Assembly (NCBI RefSeq): GCF_000143415.4 | Contig: NW_003314291.1 | Location: 1,007,702-1,071,701 of the forward strand | Length of the DNA stretch: 64,000 nt | Direction of reading: 5' to 3' | Source of the DNA: Selaginella moellendorffii | Lineage: Eukaryota; Plantae; Lycopodiophyta | The notes under the pieces: model-generated | Told to the model about the DNA's origin: nothing | Database searches by the model: none | Seen by the model: only the letters and a program-made list of their open reading frames with translations | Shown here: positions 35,199 to 45,989 of the stretch, in pieces | How the letters are laid out: each line of letters opens with the position of its first letter | How positions within the stretch are numbered: position 1 is the stretch's first letter | Position numbers and translations under genes: made by a program

Positions 35199-36739
35199 CA
35201 ACGACAACGACAATGCCGACGAAGAAAGACATGGAGGAGGGGCGGAACATCAGGAGGGGAAGCGCTTCACCGCAAAGGCACCAGCACGAGAGATCTTTAG
35301 TGTCAAAGCACGGAGGATGGAAAAGGAAGCTTGAAAGCGAGGCGTTCCACCAGGTTTGTCAAGATTTCTTGATCGATTCTCCGATACATTGTGATTTTCA
35401 GTCCTCGCCCCTGGCCTGCCGCAGCCAGCCGCTCCAGCTGCTGATTGAGCGATTCACAATGGATGGATCGATGCGTCTTTGTTTTAAATTTAGGGTTTTG
35501 GCGATGGCATCGCTTAACGGCGTCCATGGCGTCTTTGTTTTAAATTTAGGGTTTTGGCGATGGCATCGCTTCACGGCGTGAAGCTCTCGGGATTGCGCGC
35601 TTGAAAACGATCGGCCTCGAGTGCCGGAATAGCTGCTCAGCGACACTGTGTTTTTTTTTCTAACTCGAAGCTTTGGTTTCTTCCTTTTTCTTCTGGTGCC
35701 TTGGGCTTATTCCACGATGGCTCCACCTCCACAAGTCTCTCAGTCTCCCGGCATTAAGTGTTTCTAACGCAGTGCCAGTGTATGTCCAGCATAAGCAGGG
35801 CTGTGCGCTCCTACTGCTAAACCATTTTCGCGCACTGAACAACATTTCACTGCTGACTTACGATCGGGTATGAAAGTCTTGTTAACATTTAAGGCTCCTT
35901 TTTCTTATAAACAGGATCTTTCAGAGTGGTGGAAATTCCAAAAGTGGGAAGCTTGCCTAGACCTGGACAAATGGAGCCGTTTGTCTGTGTAAGTGTCAAG
36001 CTCGATTTTTATGTTATTGTCTTTCTGCTGACATATTTTACGACCATACGAGGGTTATGCATTCGCAAACAATGTGCCTGTTCCCGAAGTTGAGGTACGT
36101 AAGATCTCAGTTTACTCAACTGATAAATGTAAACCAGACGGTCCATCCACTGAAGACTAGGAGGTATACTTGAGATTTTATGGCGAATGTTTTTGAAACA
36201 TCTCCTTGTTCTTTTCTGTGCAGGCTTCTCTCAAAGGCACACGGAAGTACTCGGGCCTTTTAAAAGGAGTCTGCTGCGAATGGCAAAGCTGCTGAAGGAC
36301 AGACAATGCTGGCGTGCTTTTCAGTAGCCGCGCAACATCCCACCGGCTTAACGACAGCTTTGTTTCTTACAAGGATGAGGAGAGTGGTTCCCCCTGCATT
36401 GGCAGCGAGCGAAAGAAACTTACATGGTGAATGTGCAGGTTATCTGGGAGGATGTCTTTTTCAAGCCGTCACCCGTCTCCTTCGATCTAATAGGCGTCGC
36501 AAAGTTGGACCTTTAGATTGTTGCGTCAACTTGCTTGCGGGATAGAGCGTCTTCTTTCTGTACCATCTCTTGGATCAAGGCAGGGCGCGCTGCTGGTTCA
36601 CAACTCTCTACTAAGCATTGAGGGAGAACCGTGCTGGCCTTCCACCGTCCATAGTGACAGGCGATACTTTTGACGATGCTAAAGGGGTCATGACATCTGA
36701 AAGGGTATAAATTCCCCTTGTATGATTGTGTAAGGTTAG

Positions 36740-37588
36740 GGTTTGATGGTAAAAGCTTTTGGAAGGTTGGTTGGAGACTTTGGGCTTGAAAGGAAAATCA
36801 ATATTTTTTGGGACTCTGGTTTACTTTGTGATGCTATTTCTCAAAAGTTGGTGGATGAATTCAATATTTCTGTGGACAGTAATTCACAGGTTAAGGACTT
36901 TAAGTTTATGGTGGAGGATTGTGAGTTGAAAAGGACTCTGACTGTATTACCTGTGATTCTCTGTCACGATATAATTTTGGGTTCGCCTTGGATGCATCAA
37001 CACTGCTTAGAATTAGACACTAGTGGTTCCATAAGCACTTTAACTTTTGAGATTGATGATACTATATATTGCCTCGGTAATTATAATTTATCGATGTCCA
37101 GAAAGTATAAGAAAATAAACTAGCATATATGTACTACTTTTCATCAGGTATATTATAGCGGGATAATTAATGGCCATAAAATCAGGATTGAATTAGATAA
37201 TGGTTGTGAAATGTGTGCTATATCATTTGAACTTATCAAGAAACTTGGGCTTGAAGTAGTTCCTGATGAAAAGTATTTTGCAAAAAGGCTAGTTGCAAAT
37301 GATCAGACAAAAGATGGTTATGGAGTTGAGAATTTATGTTATCACTTGGCAAACTTTTCAGAAAGTAGAAATTTTCTTGCTATAAAAGATCCTAGAGAGA
37401 CCCTATTTCTTGGGATGGACTGGCTTCATAAGCACTCAGCAATAATTGACTACAGGAATCACGTTGTTACTTTTAAATCTAATGAATTAGATTGCTGGTA
37501 TAGATTTCAATACCCATCTGGTACATATGAAATAAGTAAACATAAATTTACTGAAGAGATGAGTAGTTTATGTTGGTGCTCATTTTAA
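36740..37588 (+). pseudogene. Tandem retropepsin-like (aspartic protease) domains, one in-frame TAG
   Basis: IFWDSG..ISQKLV..DIILGSPW and IELDNG..ISFELI..LFLGMDWL lie in the same frame, separated only by TAG at 37121-37123. Confidence 0.65.
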
Positions 37589-37689
37589 TAAATACTTATT
37601 TGCTAATTTATGAGCTTGAAAAAATCTTTATAAATTTGATCTTGGATAAGTTTTGGATTGATTTTGTTTCTCGCATTCTTTACAAAGAG

Positions 37690-39760
37690 AGCAGAGGCTG
37701 GTGTGGTAAGCCAGAAACAACATTCTCACCCATGCCATTCACTCTTCTAGAAGAGCTAAATTGATTGATTCAAAAATAATCTTATGCCAAAGCTATAAAT
37801 ATATTTGATTTTTCAACAATAACATGATAATGGTATTTTTACACTTTTATAGTTCCTTTTACATCAATTGAGACATATGAACTTGTTTTCCCTATAAATC
37901 TTTACAATTGTGTTTTCGATCTTAATGCTGGCATATATCATCATTACTAGTAAAAAGAAATAAAAGCTCACTATTTGCCAAAAGCTCATACTCAAACTAT
38001 TGATTACATTAGCCAAAAGAAATTATTAGATTTCTAAACAATAGAACATTAGAAAACATAAATGTACACAGTTTTTAGATATCCAAAGTCACTTCTTTAT
38101 TAAAATTTTAATGCCCTTGCTTTGAGCTGCTTAAAAAAGCTTTCATTGCAACTCCAGTACCAAACCATAATACACTGGTCTGAAGCTTCATTTGCAGAGA
38201 AAATTCTTAAAGTTATTTGTAGCATCTTTGTAAGTTAAACTTTAAACTCTGAATTTGAGATTTTGGCTCGAAACCATAAAACGAAATCAGTATGTAGGCT
38301 AGAATTCTTTGTTCTTCATCTTAATTATACTTAAAGTGCCAAACATTTAAATTAGAATATATAGCTTATAATAATATTCTCAAGAATATTTTAGAATGGT
38401 GCTAATCTGATCTTAGCAGCCATGTCTATAGGCAAAGCTTCAATTTTTTTCCTTTATTAGCTAGTGCTATGAGAGATACCATGAAAATAAAGAACCCCTC
38501 AGGTAAGTCAAAGCTTTTGATAGGTCTGCGTAGTCACACTTTAAATAAGGCAGTGGTGTTCAAATCATCCAATGATCACCACCACATAGGCCCAAAGCTG
38601 CTGCACTGCTTGCATATACTTTTGAAAGGCAGCTTTCATCTCCTTATCTCACCAATCAAAGCACCACTAACTTAAGTTTTTACTGGAGAAGGAAATATCC
38701 ATCCACTCTCAAGCTTAAAAAACTTTCCATAGAAAGGAGCTCTTTTGTTATGGGTACATTGCTAGCTTGTCTAGAATGACATGAAATTTACTTGGTGTTT
38801 TAAGAAAAGTACATTATAAACATGAAAAACAGAATTAAATTAGATGGTTAAATACACTAGAACATTCTAATATATTCTAGGCATATCTACAAGAATAAAT
38901 TTAATTTAGTCATATAGTATTTTTACAAATAAATCAAAGTTGTAACAAGCTTACAACAAAAAAAACATTCTTGCCTATGCCATTCACTCCTCTGGAAGAG
39001 ATAAGTTGATTGATTCAAAAACAGTCTTATGCCAAAGTTATATATATCTAATTTTCTTAATGAGATTGCTATATGAATGATACTTTGGAAAACTAATTTG
39101 ATTAACATGATAATTACATTTTTACACTCTTATGCTCAGTTGAGACATATGATACTTTATAAAGCTCTGAAGTCCAATGTCACCAACTTTGGCAACTATA
39201 TCAGAACTTAAAATATATTTGTTTTTTTATAATATTTCTATTAATTATCAATCTTGAGAGAATTTTAAATCTATACAAACTCTTTTACCCTCTAAAGCAA
39301 TTTACACTTGTGTTTTCCATCTAAAGGTTGTCTGAAACCATAACAGAGGCACAAACCATCATTACTAGTAAAACGAAATAAATTTCATCATATAAGTGCT
39401 CTTGCAATGTTCTTTTTCTCATACACTAATTAATATAATATCAGACTATTTATTACAATACCCAGGAAAAGCTACTAGGTTTTGAAGCAATAGAATAAAA
39501 GTCACCTCTGTATTGAATTCTTAATACCCTTGCTTTGAGCTGTTTAATAAAGCTTTCACTGCAACTTCAATACCAAGCTATCATACATTGGTCTGAAACT
39601 TCATTTGTCAAGAAACTTTTTAAAATTATTTATGGCATTAATTACATCTTTGTAAGTGAAAGTTCTGTGTTTGGAGATTTTAGCTCTAACCATAAAATAA
39701 AATTAGTATATAGCTTACAAAACAATATGAACTTAAATTCTTTATTCTTCATTCAAAAAA
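37690..39760 (-). pseudogene. Two decayed LRR-I receptor-kinase kinase-domain remnants (about 37690-38300 and 38960-39760)
   Basis: Minus strand near 38100-38235 reads DATNNFKNFL..SFRPVYYG..VAMK..SSSKQG..FNKE, versus [37 protein letters not shown] in the intact RLK. DIYNFGI and VSIDVKGT remnants. The two blocks are direct repeats. Confidence 0.7.
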
Positions 39761-39949
39761 ACATGTGAAATCTAGAAATATATAAATTATAGTTTTAATT
39801 ACCAAATCACTCCTATACCACAAATGATACTATAGCTTGTTAAAGAAATGACAAACATGATAAAGAGGTTTATATATAATTTATAAAAGAATAAAAATAA
39901 TACTAGAAGATAAATATCTTTAAAAAAGCTTTAGAATTTAATGAATGTA

Positions 39950-41120
39950 TTTAATTTTTAAACTATTCCTAAAACACAAGTAACATTTTATTTTCATTCA
40001 AATTATGGGATTGCATTTAAACAAATTTATATTAATCTATATCACATATGCAAAAGTGTAAAGTGACAAATTAAATTATTTGGACATAAACTTGTAGTTT
40101 GAAGAAAAATAATAAATTTATTGTGTTTTAACAACATTTTAAAAATCAAAACTTCTTTGTCCTCACCAAGAAATTTTAGAACAAAGAAATCTTTAAACTT
40201 TAGTTTATTAAGCAAACTTTTGAAATATTTTTAATTAACTTTTCAACACAAATAAATTAGTGTTTCATCACACATATAATAAATTCTATTTTGTTATCCC
40301 AATATTTATAAAAGGAAATTGATATTTTATTTACTTAAAATTTAAAAAAATTTAATTAATTAAAAAATCTCACCAACTATAAAGTGTAAGTAATCTAGAT
40401 TTGTTGTTTGTATGGAAGGAAGATTGACACACTTATATGTGTGTATGCGTGAAGCCTACCAAAGTATTATTTTGTGATAAAAGATGGAGGTATGCTTCTG
40501 CTTAACAATGTGATGAAGCTAATTTTCTTTCTTTTGCAGACAGTGAAATTGAAATATAGAAAATTAATTAAAAGCGTATCAAAAATCTTTACTTTATGAT
40601 TTTTAGTAAAGGGAGAAATTTTAATACACAAATTACAGTGTGTGTATTGTAATCTTTATTATATTTGTAATCATCACTTGCCTCACTATGTGGTTAGCTA
40701 AAATTGTAAAGTGGGAATAAGTTTAAAACATAAATATTTATTTTTTTATTTTTTTGTTATTTCGTCATAAATGTTTTTTATGTGTGGCAAGCAAAGTAAA
40801 CTTAACAATAGCATTTGACAAAAAAAAGGGAGAGAAGAGGAAAATGTCAAAGTATGAGTGTCTTGGGATCACTGAATCTCAGTAATATATCAAAACAAAT
40901 AAAAAACAAAAGTTTAAATTAGACAAAATAACTCTATTATTTATTTTGCATTTTCAATATATCTTTTACACTAAAAATACAAACATAATAAACAAATTAC
41001 TTTACTTTTTGTTCTTTATTTTTTCATTTCCACCAACATTTTATTCACCCTATAGAAAGTAAAAGAAGTAATTTAATTTATTTGCCTTTAGAGAAAGCTT
41101 TTTAACTAATGTTTAAATTG
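39950..41120 (+). repeat. AT-rich family-A unit and terminal segment
   Basis: Same anchors as 25330-28530; 40717-41120 parallels 28091-28520. Confidence 0.75.
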
Positions 41121-41514
41121 CCCGTTGATGCATTACGACACGTGTCGCGCCAATTTCCACATCTACCATGTCCGTGCGTCACACCCTCTACTTCCACGGT
41201 ACACGCCTCCCAATGGCTATACCGCCGGCCTCGAGTACTGCGACGCCGAGGTCGCCCATGGCGGCATTTACCTCGGGCCCAGCGCCCAAGCTCGCAGCTA
41301 CGTGCGACACATCCGCAGCGCCATTGTATCCATAGCTGGGCACTCGCTCGATCGAGAAAGAGCTAAATCTCTCGCAGCTAATCGCCCGGGCCTAGGGCTC
41401 CGGGCGTACAACTCCGCCGAGACGTGGTTGATAACGAGCTGGGAGTCGCCATAGACGCGGAGGATGGTGGGAGGCGGTGTGGAGGCCGGCGACGAGCGCC
41501 CGGTTCGATGATGG

Positions 41515-42816
41515 CGCTCTTCTGCCGCACCGGTGGCACTCGCGTGTTTTGATTCGACTCTTGCTAGGAATGTAGCTGTCGGCAGCGCCTTGGATCGCGG
41601 AGCTCGGAATCGCCAGTTCTTGGTGGTGCCGGGGCGGATTCCATCGGATTTGCCAGGAAATCTGTGAGCAGGGTCTATGTCTTGGACGTCCATCCGCTCT
41701 GCTACTGCGGGAGCAAGCCGGATTCCAGCGAGTTTTTGTGGTGGATGAGAGCGTTTCTTCGCAGGATTGTGCTTGACGATCCAGTGATTGCTGTAAGTCT
41801 CGTTTTGTTGTTGCTGGATTGGATGAAATGCGATTGTGCAGCGCAGGTTTTCGATGGCGAATTTGGGAATGACTATAGGAGAAAACTTCTTCCTTCTTAC
41901 AAGGCTGGAAGGAGGAAATTCAAGCCTCTAGATCCGAGCTTCAAATGGACAAGAGGCATAGTCCTTTCGGTAGACATACATGTTGAGGCTTTGCTTCTCG
42001 CTTTTCTGTGTAGTCCTTTTGGCAGAGATGAGTTTCTCTCGTTTCCAATGCTTTCTTCGACAGTGTAACATACCTGTAAGTCTTCGATCTTTCATTCTTC
42101 CTTTTTCCATGGCTAAAACTCGAAGTTCCTTGCTGACAGGTTGTGAAAGCTGATAATGCTGAAGCGGACGACGTCGTTGCGACACTAGCTCGGCAAGTTA
42201 ACGACAGGAGTTTGAAAGCAGTCATTGCATCCCGGGATAAAGATTTCAAGCAGCTCGTTTCGGAAAACGTTGAGCTGCTGATTCCATTTGCGGATCTACG
42301 AAGGTGGTCATTTTACACTGTCAAGGATGACGTTGAACAACACAAATGCGAGCCTGGGATTGAATTGGGACATCGTAAGTATCCAGTTTCGTAAGTTTGG
42401 CTGATTATTCCTTCTTGTTTTTTTTTTCTTTCCAAGGATGCTTGCTAGGCGACGCTGCTGATGGTGTTCCCGGTGTGCCTGGTTTTGGACGGAAAACATC
42501 TCTGAAGCTTATGAGGAAGCACGGTTCGCTAGAAAATCTATTAAGTGCAGCGGCAATTCGGACTGTTGGGAAGCCATACATACAAGATGCTCTCAAGGAG
42601 CATTCCGTGTTGCTTGAGAAAAACTTGAAAGTTTTGTCCTTGCGCAGGTAACTGGCTATTCTTTTCTAGCATCCAGGTGATTTTCTTATTTCTTTTTCTT
42701 GCAGAGATATTAACGTAGAGCTACCAGTTGAGTGGTGCTTGTCGAGGGATAAGTCAAGCGATCTTGCTGCATTCGAATGGCTGGAGAAGGAACTTGAAAC
42801 GTTGCAGGTTTTTTAG
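41515..42816 (+). pseudogene. Organellar 5'-3' exonuclease (OEX2-like), copy B; core open, 5' start lost by inversion
   Basis: Spliced exons read RVYVLDVHPLCY..VFDGE..EADDVVATL..DKDFKQL..GDAADGVPG..DINVELP..LQVF* (TAG 42814-42816), assuming one GC-AG intron at ~41955. The presumed start (MDTMALR) lies on the opposite strand at ~41333. Confidence 0.8.
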
Positions 42817-42976
42817 CAGCAGTGAACTGGTCAGGCTCGAGGTATGAAAAATATGAGCTCGCTTTATCATTTCCTACTAATAATCTGTCCTTGATGGAAA
42901 CAAAGGTTGGTCCACTTTCGCAGAAACCTCGGTGTCTTTCAAATGAGGATGCTCTTGCAGTATCCAGGAGAATGCA

Positions 42977-43920
42977 ATGAAACTAGCCATTGGCATTGTT
43001 GTTGGTGCTCTCAAGGTATGTAGAAGCACGAGAGATCTACAACTAGGCAGGAGAATTCACAGGGATGTTTCCGAGACAGGTGACTTCTCAAACATTATCA
43101 TCGCCAACATCCAGCTCGATCTGTATGCAAAATGCAGAAGCATGGCGCATTTGACAGCATGCCGCATCGCGATGTGGTCTCCTGGAATTCGATCATACAG
43201 GGCTATGCACAGGTAAATGGCTCTACAGTTGTTTGCTGGGATGGAAGACGAAGGGTACAAACCGGATCTACAGTTGTTTGCTGGGATGGAAGACGAAGGG
43301 TACAAACCGGATCGAGTATCAGTTCTTGGTGCTCTCAAGGCTTGTTCAGCTCTTGATTCCCACGAGCAAAGCTGCAGTTAGACTCCAGTGCCAGAACGGT
43401 TCTCGACGTCACTGCCGCTTTCATCGTCCAAGAACTCTTCTTCCTTTTGCTTAATGTAGCGGTCGTCCCAGAGGTTGCAGGTGCACATTTGTATCTTATG
43501 CCACAGAAGAAAACGCAGAAAAAATCAAGAGCTTGATAGAGAGGATTCCGGGCAGGCTTTTGGTATGCTTAGGGAGATTCACGGGAAAGCAGCAAAGCTT
43601 GGCTTAGGTTCGGATCTCTTCGTCGCGAACGATCTTTACGCAAAATGTGGGAGCTTGACAGAGGCTCGTCCAGTTTTCGAAGGAATGAGCCATCGTAATG
43701 TGGTGACACGGAACTGCATGATTCTCGGGTATGCCAGCAGCGGCGAGTGGTGAAGCTCTCGATATCTATGATCGAATGCGTCGTGGAGCGGCTCCACCGG
43801 ATGCTTTAACTTTCATCGCTGCGCTGAAAGCTTGTTGCCGTCTCGCGAACGAGGAACTTGGGACAGTTGTTCATGGTGAAGAAGTGATACGAAGCTTAAG
43901 AAGTGCATAGGTGGCAAGAA
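42977..43920 (+). pseudogene. PLS-class PPR remnant, copy B
   Basis: Paralog of 30073-31000 with different frameshifts and a 45-bp tandem duplication at ~43222-43312. Confidence 0.85.
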
Positions 43921-44113
43921 AATCCACTTCTCCAGTGTCGTCGCAGCTTTGGGACGACTGTGAGGCGCCATTGCCAAGGATTGGCAAGAGCATAGCTCGC
44001 AAAAACCATAGGCTATAATTTTTTAGTTCATAGAGTGTCAATTGCCAATAAAACAGTTGGTTTAGTGCATGATGGGATAAGTAATTGAATGAATAAAGCA
44101 ATGGGAAGAAGGA

Positions 44114-44607
44114 CTATCCGTACACTTTAGCGCCTCGTGCAATAGCATCCTGGATCCTTGCATTGATTGCGCCCTGGGTCTCCTTCCAACACCACCGGGC
44201 TTTACGCCAATCTGGTTTGACCTCCAATCTGTAGATTCAAGCACCTCACCATCCTTCGACACCTAGAACAAGAAGAAACACGAGTTCATGTTTTCAATCC
44301 TCTTGTGCCCAACTGAAAAGCATAAGTTCAAGTGTGCTCTTGGTGTAAACGAACGGATCAATGACATTACCTTCTGCACATTGGAAAACATATACTGGTT
44401 CCTCTCAGCATCCTCGGCATCATCAAGTATTACTGCAGTGCAATGCACGCCCTCTTCATCTGCGGGGTAAAATCTCCCCCCAGTCATGGTAAATCCATCG
44501 CCAAAATCCTTGGGACTCATGATCAGCGGGAAATAATCCCTCTCTGTGACCGGATCATGGACCATACTCTCCCCAAATGTGAAATCCACCACGTATTCCT
44601 GGCCCAT
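44114..44607 (-). CDS. Second copy of the orphan two-exon gene, N-terminally shortened
   Basis: Near-identical to 31229-31759 with the same intron. The original ATG is deleted and an in-frame ATG lies at 44607. Confidence 0.45.
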
Positions 44608-45072
44608 CCGCACAGCCTTGCTCGCTTTACGATAAAATGTTAAGAACCCTAAAACCTCAAAATCAAAGTTTTAGGATCAAGCTTGTGGAACGCGATGGTT
44701 TATGCATATGCCCATTTCTGGTACTAAGAACAAACTTTTGCTCGTTCTTACCTTCGCTTTGCACAGATTGATGGCCAGCCGGTGGCGAACAGGTTTCTCG
44801 TAGAACTTACATTTTGGGTTTGCAAAGCCGACCGAGAGTGGCTGGACGCTTGGTTTTTTTTTTAGCAAAGGGCCACGGTCCGGCGGAGAAGCTCTCGTAG
44901 GAATAAGGGATGGCAAGGAGAAATTTGGTGGGCTTGCTCTTTCAGTTTGTTTCCCGAGTGTTTATGTAGAATATATGCTCTAGAATAGCATCTAAACATA
45001 TAGTTATGTACGAGAAAATCATGAGCTGGTATTTCATGCTGACTTTTTCACATTAAATGTGGTAATCCCCAA

Positions 45073-45948
45073 GTCATAAGAGCATTGCATCGACTCTGGA
45101 GAGACACCGAAAACACTGGCACTGATACACGAGAAAAAAAAAAAAAAAACAAAACAGCATAAGTAAACAGCTAAAACAAACGCCAGGAACGAACCTTGCA
45201 CTGGGAACTCTTTGGGGGATCTCGATCTCAAACTCCACTGGCAAGCCGAGAAAGCCATTGAACTTGTCAAATGTGACGGTTGTTACATGCCGGACGTTGG
45301 TAGGCCAGCCAATATCCATGGACGCAACCTCCTCTTCGGAAGCCTTGCATGTTAGCAAGGATCTTCTCAGCGTGTCCAGCACCAGAGCCAACATAGAGAG
45401 CTCTTCCCTGTTAGCTTCCTCTTCGCCTTCTCCACCTGCGAGCCGCTCGCTGCAGAGCCTCATCGTCTCCCGACGCATCACCAGATCTTCAAACTCCAGC
45501 GACAAATGCATGCCGTTAGTGGCCGCTCTTGCTGTGGTGTGAGTAGCGGGAAGATTGACCGGCGAAGAAGAAACTACACCCGAGTCTGACCGGGACCCTT
45601 CTTCCGAATCGGTGGTGTTGTGATCCTACACAAAGAGCGGTGGCGAGAGACCCGAAATGCTGTAAGCATTGGACTCCAAGATATCTGGAGAGAAATGCTG
45701 GTGCGTGAGTAAATCCACTATTGTTATTGGCAACGAAAGATTGGTAGCCTTCTCTCCTTTTGACTCTTCGTCAGCCTGTTCCTTCTTGAGATTTTGGCGA
45801 TTTCTTTGTGCTACTAGTACCAGCCTCATGTTGCTCTTCTTCTTAGTAGGTCTACAATCATTGTGCATCGAAAAAGGCTGCTACTTCTGTAAGACAAAAC
45901 AAGGAGACGAGATTTAGAACAATGAACTATATATCAAAAAGAAAAGCA
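45073..45948 (-). pseudogene. Inverted partial duplicate of RopGAP (5' intron end to CRIB)
   Basis: Reverse complement of ~22602-23475. Premature TAG at 45626-45628, both MTM start codons changed ATG to ATA, no GAP domain. Confidence 0.92.
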
Positions 45949-45989
45949 TGAACAAATAAACAATAATTTAAGGAACAAATAATCTTAAT

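Noticed and set aside
35093-36700. Defined protein-coding gene upstream of the retropepsin ORF
   Set aside because: Splice-like sites are present, but I could not assemble a consistent open frame or recognise a domain.
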